64,000 bases of DNA from a virus. Positions within the stretch are counted from its first letter, which is position 1. Each line of letters starts with the position of its first letter. The stretch lies in IMG/VR virus record IMGVR_UViG_3300005673_000301; one strand, 5' to 3'. Shown in pieces: positions 10,164 through 18,784 of the stretch. Both the position numbers and the translations under genes were made by a program. The notes beneath the pieces were generated by a model. The model saw only the letters and a list, made by a program, of their open reading frames with translations, was not told the DNA's origin and did not search any database.

Positions 10164-10918
10164 CCTCCTGGGATAACCTCGTCGAACCTGGCGCGGTGAT
10201 GCGGGCAGCGATCTGTGGCGATTGGCATGGCAACCAGTTCTTCGCTGCCCGCGCGATCCGTTACGCGAAAGAACACCACGCCGACGTCATCCTTCACGTC
10301 GGCGACTTCGCGTATCGGTTCGCCCCGAAGTTCATGGCGCACGTGCAACGCACACTCGAAGACACTGGGCTAACCCTCGGTTTTGTCCCAGGGAACCACG
10401 ACGACTACACCTACCTCGACTGCAAACAAGCCGAGTACGGCGCGACAGCGATACCGCTACGCCCGAACATTTTCTACCTGCCCCGCAACTACCGGTGGGA
10501 ATGGAACAGTGTCCCGTTCCTGGCGATGGGTGGCGCGGTATCAGTGGACAAGAAGTGGCGGCAACCCGGTCGCGAGTGGTGGCCACGGGAAACGATCGAC
10601 CAGGATGAAGCTCGTCAGGCTATCGACGAAGGCCCCGTCGGGGTGATGATCTGCCACGACGTCCCCGACGGTGTCCGCATCCCCTGTATTGAAGGCAACC
10701 CGTTCGGGTTCCCCGCTGACGTGCTAGCGGAAGCGGACCAGCATCGCCGGTTGCTGCGACAGATTGTGGACGGGGTGAAACCGATGTACCTGTTCGCGGG
10801 TCACTATCACTGCCGTCTCACGGATGTGTTGCATGGTGACGGTTTCGAGACGGTCGTGAACATCCTGGACGGTGACGGTGGCGACCTGGAGAACAACGTC
10901 ACCTTCCTCGACATCTGA
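10160..10918 (+). CDS. Calcineurin-like metallophosphoesterase
   Basis: GDWHG, VGDF, PGNHD, CHD, GHYH. Confidence 0.92.
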   Translation: MTSWDNLVEPGAVMRAAICGDWHGNQFFAARAIRYAKEHHADVILHVGDFAYRFAPKFMAHVQRTLEDTGLTLGFVPGNHDDYTYLDCKQAEYGATAIPLRPNIFYLPRNYRWEWNSVPFLAMGGAVSVDKKWRQPGREWWPRETIDQDEARQAIDEGPVGVMICHDVPDGVRIPCIEGNPFGFPADVLAEADQHRRLLRQIVDGVKPMYLFAGHYHCRLTDVLHGDGFETVVNILDGDGGDLENNVTFLDI

Positions 10919-10998
10919 TCCTTGTGTAATGTATGTCTACAATGTAATGTAGATCGTGTTTCCTTCTCACCCACCGTCTTCTCTGGATCGGAGACACG

Positions 10999-11337
10999 AT
11001 GCCACTCAAAACCGTTGCAGTCGCAACAGCTGACCACGGGTTCGTAGAAGTTGTCGGCGACATGTTCGGCGAACACCTCGCGATCGTCCCCGAAATCGGA
11101 ACCATCGACGGAGACCCCTCTCCCGCGTTCACTGGCCGCACGGTCGTAGTTCACGTTCCGTCGGGTCGTTACTTGCGCCTGCCGGGGGCGGTGCGTGAAC
11201 TCGCCGAAGGGCTCGCCGCGCTGCCGATCGACTGGTCGACCCACGACATCGATCTGACTGACTCCGAGAAGGCGGCCGTGGTCGCGTTGCTCACGGAGTT
11301 GGAAGGTTCGACCGCCGCGGTCACGGTGAACGTTTGA
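10999..11337 (+). CDS. Hypothetical protein
   Basis: GGAG RBS; AT-rich promoter-like stretch upstream. Confidence 0.6.
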   Translation: MPLKTVAVATADHGFVEVVGDMFGEHLAIVPEIGTIDGDPSPAFTGRTVVVHVPSGRYLRLPGAVRELAEGLAALPIDWSTHDIDLTDSEKAAVVALLTELEGSTAAVTVNV

Positions 11338-11345
11338 GGTCGTAC

Positions 11346-11891
11346 ATGTTCAAGTCGTTCTCCATCCCGATCTTGCAGTGGCATGTGTGGGTGCGTGACT
11401 ACCAGCCTGAGCATGGGTCGCGGTGGGCATGGTGGCGTGACCGCTGCCAGGAGCGGGTGGTTCGGTTCCCGGTCGGGCCGTGGAGTGTTGAGGTGTTCGG
11501 GCGCGGCAAAACCTATGCGCAGCTGGTTGGTTTCGATCTGCCGATCGGTTGGATATTGGATGAGTTTGATGCTAGTTTCAACGAACTCGCGTGCGCGAGC
11601 CTCAAATACCATCTCGAATACTCGGTCGCACGCAACGAGGATCAGCGGCCCGTCTACGAAGACCTGATCACGCGGTTGTCGGAGCCTGCACCTGACGTGT
11701 GCGACACCCCTGAAAAGCGGGCCGTGTACCTCGCCCACGAACAGATCGACTCTCGCAACGCCCGCATCACCACGCCACCAGCCGTTCGTGAAATCTACGA
11801 CAACTACTGGGAGCGAGAACACGCCTACCAAGCGCGCATCCAGCAAGCCCGGCACGACTTCATCGACATCCTTCGCCAACTGTGGAGCTAA
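11346..11891 (+). CDS. Hypothetical protein
   Basis: GAGG RBS; ORF in operon. Confidence 0.6.
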   Translation: MFKSFSIPILQWHVWVRDYQPEHGSRWAWWRDRCQERVVRFPVGPWSVEVFGRGKTYAQLVGFDLPIGWILDEFDASFNELACASLKYHLEYSVARNEDQRPVYEDLITRLSEPAPDVCDTPEKRAVYLAHEQIDSRNARITTPPAVREIYDNYWEREHAYQARIQQARHDFIDILRQLWS

Positions 11892-11896
11892 CCGTC

Positions 11897-12511
11897 ATGA
11901 CGAAACTGTTCAACGACGTCCGCGACTTCAACCGAGCCTGCGACGTCCGCATGCGCGTCACCCCCGGTTGGGTACCCGACGAGGATATCGAGTTGGCGTT
12001 ACGGCTCGTCGACGAAGAAGCCAACGAACTCCTCGCCGCGATTCAGGATCGTGACATGGTCGAAACCGCTGACGCGGTAGCGGATTCCCTCTACGTTTTG
12101 GCGGGGTTCGCGTTGCGGCTCGGAGTCGCCCGCATCTTCACTCCCGACCTCCTCCCGCCGCCGACACCGCAAAGTTTCGGGCCGCCATCGTGGGATGCGT
12201 ACGGGATTCTGCCTGAACTTCTCAACCAAATCAGTGTGCTGCATGAACGATTGCGGGAAGCGGTCCTGACTCGCAACCTGAACGCCACCGACACCACTCT
12301 GCATTCGTTGATGTACTCGTATTCGACGGTCGCGCGGGGGATGGGTATCCCGTTGCGTGAAGTGTGGGATGAGGTGCAGCGCAGCAACATGGCGAAGGTT
12401 GTGGACGGGAAAGTGGTTCGTGACCCGCACACCGGGAAAGTTTTGAAACCCGAAGGCTGGACCGCACCTGACATCGCGGCCGTTCTCGACGACTACGGGT
12501 GGGCAGCATGA
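11897..12511 (+). CDS. MazG-like nucleoside triphosphate pyrophosphohydrolase
   Basis: EEANEL...ETADAVADSLYV; WDEVQRSNMAK...GKVLKPEGW. Confidence 0.85.
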   Translation: MTKLFNDVRDFNRACDVRMRVTPGWVPDEDIELALRLVDEEANELLAAIQDRDMVETADAVADSLYVLAGFALRLGVARIFTPDLLPPPTPQSFGPPSWDAYGILPELLNQISVLHERLREAVLTRNLNATDTTLHSLMYSYSTVARGMGIPLREVWDEVQRSNMAKVVDGKVVRDPHTGKVLKPEGWTAPDIAAVLDDYGWAA

Positions 12512-12810
12512 CCGATGAGCGGACCGAACTGGCGCAGCGTGCGTTGCAGTGGGCAAAAGGCAATGACGGCGGGCGGCTAGGCGTTTGGTGGCCCGCAGGG
12601 TCCAAGCCAGGCAGTGGAGCACAACCCATCATGGCGATCATGTGGGATCACGGCGGAACCGGTGAACTTGGAGTCTTCTACGATGAAGACGACGCGGAGA
12701 TTATGGGACTGATCTGCGATGTATTCAACTGGGCGCTGGAGGAACTGGCACCGTCTGAACGCTCCTACTACGGCAGCCGCACCTACAAAGAAGACGACGG
12801 TGTGGCGTGA
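12508..12810 (+). CDS. Hypothetical protein
   Basis: ATGA coupling. Confidence 0.55.
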   Translation: MTDERTELAQRALQWAKGNDGGRLGVWWPAGSKPGSGAQPIMAIMWDHGGTGELGVFYDEDDAEIMGLICDVFNWALEELAPSERSYYGSRTYKEDDGVA

Positions 12811-13244
12811 TGGAGAACTACGAGGGCACGCGGTGGCAGCGGAAGACCGACGGGCTGGCGATCAAGATCGAAGGCGATGCGGATCGTGGCGGCAGCAGTA
12901 GTCGGTATTTGCTCGCCCGGAACCTTGAGACTGGCCGCACGTTTTGGATCTCGCCGAAGGGTTTGGCCCGCAAGTATGTGAGGTACGTGCGGTCGTACGG
13001 TGCATGCCCGACCCAGTTGGATGGTCGCGGCACGGATGGTCGACCGTTCTATTTCCGTGCACGCCATGGTGTCTGGCAGTTGCGGGTTGGTGCGGTGTCC
13101 GATCCGACGGAGTTCACGGAATGGGCGGACTGGGGGACGGTCGTCGCGGAAGGGGAGGACCCGACAGCGGGGTTCATGCCCGCCGACGATGTCGACGCTC
13201 TCATCACGGAGCACCTCGGGGAAGGATGGGGCAAACGGTGGTAA
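12807..13244 (+). CDS. Hypothetical protein
   Basis: Coupled; ACPTQLDG...DGRPFYFRARHG domain. Confidence 0.6.
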   Translation: MMENYEGTRWQRKTDGLAIKIEGDADRGGSSSRYLLARNLETGRTFWISPKGLARKYVRYVRSYGACPTQLDGRGTDGRPFYFRARHGVWQLRVGAVSDPTEFTEWADWGTVVAEGEDPTAGFMPADDVDALITEHLGEGWGKRW

Positions 13245-13927
13245 GTCTCGGGGGCCGAATTGTGAGTGCTGTTCACGTCTGCTATGCGGCACCGTCGGCT
13301 TGGGATGTGCGGGATGAGGATGGCGGGTATCTGCACTTCAAGTATCGGTACGGGAAAGCGACAGTGTTTGAGGATACTGACCCGCGTGCCTCACGCGATG
13401 ACAGGCAGCTGACTGTGAGGGATGTTCTCACCGTCAGAGACAGCCTTGATGGATACTGCACGCTGGCGGAGTTCTGCGACTGGATGGGCTACACGCTCGA
13501 ACTCAGGGAACCGTATACACCGTTGCCTGATCCGAATAGCGGTTACGAACCATCGGACCCGCCGCCCTGGGCAGCAGAGGATGATGTGAAAGCGCCTGAC
13601 GCCTCGGTTCCTGTGCGTGCACAGGTGTTGCGGGATGCGGAAGCTTTGATCGTTGGCGATCGGGAAACTGAATACGGTGACCCTTACGACAATTTGTTGC
13701 GGATTGCGAACTATTGGAACAACTACTTGTATGACGCTGTGGGTGCGACTGATTTGTTGGGGCCGCGGGATGTGGCGTTGATGATGGTGTTGATGAAGGT
13801 TGCGCGTGAGGCTGCGGGGCATAAGCGGGATTCGGTTGTGGATATGGCGGGGTATGCGGCGTTGGCGGGTGAGGTTGCGTCGCGGCGTCGTAATTCCGTG
13901 AATGGTTCGGATTCGCGTAGTCTTTAA
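13238..13927 (+). CDS. DUF6378-like domain protein with N-terminal extension
   Basis: GDRETEYGDP...RIANYW...VALMMVLMKVAR...DSVVDMAGYAAL. Confidence 0.75.
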   Translation: MVSLGGRIVSAVHVCYAAPSAWDVRDEDGGYLHFKYRYGKATVFEDTDPRASRDDRQLTVRDVLTVRDSLDGYCTLAEFCDWMGYTLELREPYTPLPDPNSGYEPSDPPPWAAEDDVKAPDASVPVRAQVLRDAEALIVGDRETEYGDPYDNLLRIANYWNNYLYDAVGATDLLGPRDVALMMVLMKVAREAAGHKRDSVVDMAGYAALAGEVASRRRNSVNGSDSRSL

Positions 13928-14156
13928 ACCCGACACCGATTGTTATCTAATCGTTATCAAGTTTCCCTTTTGTGGATCAATTAGGCTGCTATATTCGACC
14001 ACATGTGACAGGTGTGCCCAAAACCGGTTCAACACCGGGGCGGGTGTTGCGGACGCTGCTCCTAGGAACGCAGGGTCTAGCTGTAAAGGTTGAAGACACG
14101 GCAGGTGTCAGTTCGCCGATTCGGCCCTAAATGGGGTGCGTAAACAATACATGGTT

Positions 14157-14226
14157 TCTCCGGTAGCTCAAATGGCAGAAGGCGTCCCGACGGGGATAGA
14201 TGCGGGTTCGAATCCCGCCCGGAGAG
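14157..14226 (+). ncRNA. tRNA-like RNA lacking a normal anticodon loop
   Basis: Acceptor TCTCCGG/CCGGAGA, TAGCTCAAATGG D region, GTCCC-GACG-GGGAT arm (4-nt loop), GCGGG-TTCGAAT-CCCGC T arm. Confidence 0.75.
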
Positions 14227-14528
14227 CAAAGCGTCGGTTTAGCGGCTGGCGCTGGTGGTGACAGAGTGTGTGGCTACGCGCGAATCGGGCCACAATGTGT
14301 GCGGCTGCCGGGACCTCAACGGGCAAGTGCCTGAGAGGAAACCTCAGCGGGTGGAAACCGGTCCTTAGCGGGACGGCCGCAGCTCCGGGTATTACATAGC
14401 CTTACGGTTCAAGCCCCGGTCGGAGCCTAGGAAACTCCCCACCGCTTAAACGTAGCCAGCCCCTTCGCGGAGGGGTTGGAAGTGTCTCGCAGGATCACCC
14501 GCCGTATGGCGGGGCCTGCGAGGCGCGT

Positions 14529-14601
14529 TGGACGAGACTGCATGGTGCAGTGCCCGGCTGATCACCGGCTTAGCTTGAGAGTTCGATTCTCTCCCGTCCA
14601 C
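14529..14601 (+). tRNA. Atypical tRNA-Ile(GAT)-like or pseudo-tRNA
   Basis: TGGACG/CGTCCA acceptor, ACTGCA-TGG-TGCAGT D hairpin, CCGG-CTGATCA-CCGG anticodon arm, GAGAG-TTCGATT-CTCTC T arm; C at position 37 and a 7:66 mismatch. Confidence 0.55.
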
Positions 14602-14767
14602 AGCGCTGCTTTGATACTGGGGATAGTACGAGCAGACCATTGTGGCCGCCCCCAGCGGACGCGACAGTGGACCGGTTAGGGTTCCGGCGAATCTGGTAGA
14701 ACGCCCGCATTGTTCCATCCGCTACTGCGGCTGGGCTTTGAGGGAACTCCCGAACAAAAACCCCCTT

Positions 14768-14842
14768 TGCGGTGTGGCGCAGTTCGGTTAGCGCGGCGGG
14801 CTCATAACCCGCAGGTCATCGGTTCGAATCCGATCACCGCGT
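14768..14842 (+). tRNA. tRNA-Met(CAT), initiator-like
   Basis: Full cloverleaf; GCGGG-CTCATAA-CCCGC with three G:C pairs; T1:G72; no encoded CCA. Confidence 0.92.
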
Positions 14843-14947
14843 CTATATCACCCGGTGTCTCTGGCGGCGGGTTTAAGTCCCCCGCGATCCGCTCTGTCCG
14901 AGACCGCGGAACCCCGAGTTGTAGACCTCGGTTTTCAACGGCCACGA

Positions 14948-15742
14948 TCAGATGGGCAGAGCCTCAAGCCGGGATAGGATGATAGCGACATAATCGGCGA
15001 TCTTGGTTAAGCAGACGTCAATCGGTTCCAACTCATCGTCCGGTGGCACGGCAAGCGAGATTGGGAATCCTATCGCCATACTGACAACATGTCTCGGGTC
15101 AACACCATCAGCGGCAGTAAAACGCACCTGCGCGAACCTAGCGCCTTCCTCCAGTACGGTACCGGGGAAAGACTGGCTGTCGACATACTCGATGGAGGGG
15201 TGGTCGTTAATGGACACTGAGAACTCGACATTTCCCGTGACCAGCAATTGATGATGCTTGTCCTGGTTTACCAGATCGCGAAGCCAGAGCAGACGAACAG
15301 CATCTCCTCCGTTGTACGGTTGGACACTTTCAACTACCTCGAAGACGTCCGGGCGCAGCCGATTTCGAACCGCGTCGGTTAGTTGGCCCGGATGGTTGCC
15401 CGCCGTCGGAAAACCGAAGCGTCGCCGCTCCTCGAGAGTCGGTGGACCGTCGTGAGTTTCAGTCCAGACGTGAACCGAGTGGTCGAAAAGCGCATGATCC
15501 AGCGCGGCACGGAGATTTGTCAGTGCATCTCCAGCGATCAGTGCGAGCGCATCGGGGATCTCAGTCGCCTTAGCGACTAGGAGGTCGCAGGTGTGAACCT
15601 GCGAGGTTTCGTCGAAGGCCCAGGCAGGCTCCCACTCGTACGGGGACGAGTTGACGTACGACGTCAACTCACCTTCCAGCATTTTGATGTGGTAGGTGGC
15701 TCGGCCCAGTTTGTGTCGCGCACTCTCGATCCCGGAGATCAT
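14948..15742 (-). CDS. Hypothetical protein on the opposite strand (moron-like; possibly HEPN-like)
   Basis: 264 aa; KLGRATYH, GDALTNLRAALDH and LRDLVNQDKH motifs. Confidence 0.7.
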   Translation of the reverse strand: MISGIESARHKLGRATYHIKMLEGELTSYVNSSPYEWEPAWAFDETSQVHTCDLLVAKATEIPDALALIAGDALTNLRAALDHALFDHSVHVWTETHDGPPTLEERRRFGFPTAGNHPGQLTDAVRNRLRPDVFEVVESVQPYNGGDAVRLLWLRDLVNQDKHHQLLVTGNVEFSVSINDHPSIEYVDSQSFPGTVLEEGARFAQVRFTAADGVDPRHVVSMAIGFPISLAVPPDDELEPIDVCLTKIADYVAIILSRLEALPI

Positions 15743-15917
15743 TCCGCAATTCTACGGCCGTATCGCGGTTTACGGCCGCATACCGCGACCGAAGCATGGC
15801 TGGTTGGCTACTCCCGCACCAGGGTGGGCCAACCGGTTCTTCTCATGCATCTGGCTCAAGTGTCACGGTTTCGTGATACTCCTGACAGCCCGAAACCTTA
15901 GCGGGGGAGTGTGACTG

Positions 15918-16145
15918 ATGCCGGGAATGATGCGCTGGTCCTGCTCCTATGGCTGCTGTATTCGTGGTAGCCGCAGACACGACAAGCAAGTCACCCGGCG
16001 ATGGCGTGACGAATACGAAACCCGCCCCGAAATCGAAGCCCGCGCCTGCCCCAAGGGCGGCCCCGAATGCGGATGCTGGCGATGGCAGCCAGGGGAAACC
16101 GACACCGAAACCCCCACGCACGGGGTGTACGCGGTAGGGGAATAG
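15918..16145 (+). CDS. Hypothetical Cys-rich protein
   Basis: GGGGAG RBS. Confidence 0.4.
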   Translation: MPGMMRWSCSYGCCIRGSRRHDKQVTRRWRDEYETRPEIEARACPKGGPECGCWRWQPGETDTETPTHGVYAVGE

Positions 16146-16147
16146 CC

Positions 16148-16309
16148 GTGCGGGACCAAGCATGCGACTGCAACCACCCCGTCGCCCAACATGACGACCA
16201 ACGATGGCAATGCCGAGGACTCGACTCCTACGGCTGCCCGTGCACGTGCCCCAGCGTCGAAACATTCCTCTGGGATGCCAACGACTGGTGGGGCAACGAC
16301 TACGAATAA
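16148..16309 (+). CDS. Hypothetical Cys/His-rich protein
   Basis: CDCNHPVAQH...C...CTC. Confidence 0.45.
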   Translation: MRDQACDCNHPVAQHDDQRWQCRGLDSYGCPCTCPSVETFLWDANDWWGNDYE

Positions 16310-16333
16310 CCCCCCGTTAGAGAGAAGAACCCC

Positions 16334-16516
16334 ATGGCTAATGTTCCCCCGCAGGGCTACGTATTCAACCTCGCCGGACTGTCCGGAGTCGTCACCGCCG
16401 AAGACCTCGCCGAAGCACTGGGCAGCGAACTGCTCCTCGTCCCCGCCGGCGGCACGACCGGCCAGGTGTTGACCAAGACCGCGGACGGCTACGCCTGGCA
16501 GACCTTGCCCGGCTGA
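16334..16516 (+). CDS. Small protein with a virion-fibre-like motif
   Basis: PAGGTTGQVLTKT..GYAW motif. Confidence 0.55.
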   Translation: MANVPPQGYVFNLAGLSGVVTAEDLAEALGSELLLVPAGGTTGQVLTKTADGYAWQTLPG

Positions 16517-16533
16517 TTCTTTGAGAGGCTGTC

Positions 16534-16758
16534 GTGGCTGAGTCGCGTATGCCGAAGGACTTGTGGGAGTACTGGTTGGGGGAGGGGTTGAAGCGTTGGG
16601 CTGTCAGCCCCACTCCTTATCGGTCGTTGCGGCGGGAACTGTTGAAGTACATGCCTTTACGGAAGGCTTCGGGTTTGGCTGCTGAGATCTTTCATGCGCA
16701 TAAGGGTTACTGGCCGGGCGATAAACGCCACACGGGCCGCGACGACCGCAGCCACTAA
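16534..16758 (+). CDS. Hypothetical protein
   Basis: GAGAGG RBS; LWEYW..GEG...GYWPG motif. Confidence 0.6.
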   Translation: MAESRMPKDLWEYWLGEGLKRWAVSPTPYRSLRRELLKYMPLRKASGLAAEIFHAHKGYWPGDKRHTGRDDRSH

Positions 16759-17131
16759 ATCTTTGACTTAACCGCGTCGTGACGTGGTGCGACCCCACCA
16801 TCGTGGGGTAACGCAACAAGGGTAGTCGGTGCCTACCCAGGGAAACCCTAAACCCCCACCGACAAACTGCCGCCACACCCTCGTACCCCATTCCCTCCTA
16901 GGGGTCGCCAGCGCCGATCTCACGCCGCGCAGGCTGTAGGGCATCAAGTGGCGGAGGTTGCGAGCAGCCCCGGTGTGCGCCGCAACCCGGCCCGCCAGCC
17001 GTTACCGCTACCTCGGGAGCTGGCGGGCCGCAAACCCCCGCCGCTAGGCATACAACACAATAGAGACATACACTACAATCAGAACCGAGCCGGTTCGGGT
17101 ACCACCTCTTTAGTGCCGCCAGGAGGCACCA

Positions 17132-18139
17132 ATGACCCGACGCAGCCGCCGCATCCTCGCGGCCAGCATCAGCGCCGCAACACTCACCATCACCCTCCCC
17201 ATCCTCACGGGGACCGCGTCGGCCGCCCCGGATTGTCGTGATCTGGTCATCGGGGTCGGCGGAAATGGCGAACGCCAAGCTCACAAGCTCGGCTACGCGA
17301 CAATGATGGACGCCCATGTTGCCGATGCTGCAGCCCAAGGTAAGCGCACCCAGAGCATCGACTACAAGTCCTCTGTGTGGCCCACCGGCGCATACACCAA
17401 GGATGAATCGGTAGCTGACGGCAAAGCGAAACTGAACGACTCCATCGCCGCCTATCGTGCGGAATGCCCCAACGGCAACGTCACAGTCATCGGCCATTCC
17501 CTCGGTGCCGAAGTCGCGCAGGGCGCTCCTGCCGATCGCGTCGTTCTCTACGGTGGGCCGCGCACCTCTCGCGGCATTTACCAGGCGATCCCCGGCGTCT
17601 ACCCCGGCACCAGCAATCCCGGCGTCGCCGAACCGGCCCCGAACACCGTTGTCGTCTGCCACGACTTCGACGCCATCTGCGATTCCCCGGCGCCCTGGTC
17701 CGACCCTGCGAAGTTCATTCAGGGCTGGGCAGGCTATGCGCAGGGATGGCATGGTTACGCCCCGAACGAAGGCGCACACCTCGCCCCCGGTCAAGAGCAT
17801 TACATCGACGCACCCGCGCCTATTCCGTGGCTGCCCGAGTCGACGCCCACCGGCATCCCTGCGGCACCTGAACTTCCCGGCATTCCCGAATGGCACCCCG
17901 GCCCGATTCCGAGCTTCGAGGATGTCCAGCCGATCGTCGAGGCGTTCACTCCGCAGCCCTACAGGCCGGTTCCCGTTGAGACCTACATTCCTGAGCCCGT
18001 GAAGCCGATCGTCACGCAGGTTCTGCCGCCCGAGGTTCTGAGCTATACACCGCCTCCGATCGAGCAGATTATCCCGCCCGTGCAGCTTCCCGTGATCGAG
18101 GTGCCGCCGCTGCCTGACCTGGGGATCAGGTTCCCCTAG
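17132..18139 (+). CDS. Secreted cutinase/PE-PPE-like serine hydrolase with Pro-rich tail
   Basis: Signal peptide ending ASA-A; GHSLG nucleophile; CHDFDAICD; WHGY; AGGAGG RBS. Confidence 0.8.
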   Translation: MTRRSRRILAASISAATLTITLPILTGTASAAPDCRDLVIGVGGNGERQAHKLGYATMMDAHVADAAAQGKRTQSIDYKSSVWPTGAYTKDESVADGKAKLNDSIAAYRAECPNGNVTVIGHSLGAEVAQGAPADRVVLYGGPRTSRGIYQAIPGVYPGTSNPGVAEPAPNTVVVCHDFDAICDSPAPWSDPAKFIQGWAGYAQGWHGYAPNEGAHLAPGQEHYIDAPAPIPWLPESTPTGIPAAPELPGIPEWHPGPIPSFEDVQPIVEAFTPQPYRPVPVETYIPEPVKPIVTQVLPPEVLSYTPPPIEQIIPPVQLPVIEVPPLPDLGIRFP

Positions 18140-18184
18140 CTCTAGGCACAATCCGACGATGTAAACGAAGGACTCGCAGCAGCC

Positions 18185-18454
18185 TTGACCGCGATAACTG
18201 TATACAGCCAACCCAACTGCCAGCCCTGCAAGGCCACCAAACGGAAACTCGACCAACTCGGTGTCAACTACCGGGCAGTCGACGTTGCCGACGACGAAAC
18301 CGCTCTCGCAACCATCCGTGGTCTCGGCTATCAGCAAACCCCCGTCGTTGTGGCTGGCGAACAGCATTGGTCGGGGTATCGACCCCACATGCTCGAGGAG
18401 CTGGCGCATGCCCAACAGCAACCTCTGGGCGGCCCTACGGCTGCCGACCAGTAA
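18185..18454 (+). CDS. nrdH: NrdH-like glutaredoxin
   Basis: ITVYSQPNCQPCKATK...TPVV...WSGYRP. Confidence 0.92.
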   Translation: MTAITVYSQPNCQPCKATKRKLDQLGVNYRAVDVADDETALATIRGLGYQQTPVVVAGEQHWSGYRPHMLEELAHAQQQPLGGPTAADQ

Positions 18455-18635
18455 CACCGCCCACGTCATCCCCGTCGCAGACCACATCATTCACGACATC
18501 GGCCAAGGCGGGTGCGTGTGCGGCCCCACCATCGAACCCTGTCAACGCGCTGACGGCAGCGACGGCTGGATTCACATACATCACAGTCTCGACGGCCGCG
18601 AATATGCCGAGACCAACCCTGGCCAGGAGGCATGA
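18408..18635 (+). CDS. Hypothetical protein
   Basis: HVIPVAD...CVCGP...HHSLDGRE motif; GAGGAG RBS. Confidence 0.6.
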   Translation: MPNSNLWAALRLPTSNTAHVIPVADHIIHDIGQGGCVCGPTIEPCQRADGSDGWIHIHHSLDGREYAETNPGQEA

Positions 18636-18784
18636 TGCGTTTCCGACTGAAACTGTGGCTGTTCGAACTCGAAGTCGAATCCGAACAAGTCTCCACCATC
18701 GATGTTGTTGCCGCCATGTTCAACGCGTTGCAGCCCGTCCAGCAGATCATGCTGGTAGGTGAGGACGAACCCGAGGAACCCTGA
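18632..18784 (+). CDS. Small hypothetical protein
   Basis: AGGAGG RBS; MMRFRLKLWLFELEV...; coupled on both sides. Confidence 0.5.
   Translation: MMRFRLKLWLFELEVESEQVSTIDVVAAMFNALQPVQQIMLVGEDEPEEP

Noticed and set aside
14331..14347. Possible hammerhead ribozyme core (CTGAGAG...GAAA)
   Set aside because: Does not match CUGANGA, and the segment folds as a simple hairpin; kept only as part of the structured block.
13928..14947. tmRNA or Y RNA assignment
   Set aside because: No tag reading frame or tmRNA ends recognised, no Ro/TROVE gene in the window, and the tRNA-like arms are in normal rather than permuted order.
16898..18490. 530-aa minus-strand ORF, and similar long antisense ORFs (23403..25274, 41437..43116, 36841..38070, 4553..5824)
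   Set aside because: Shadow frames of well-supported plus-strand genes in high-GC DNA; no recognisable motifs.
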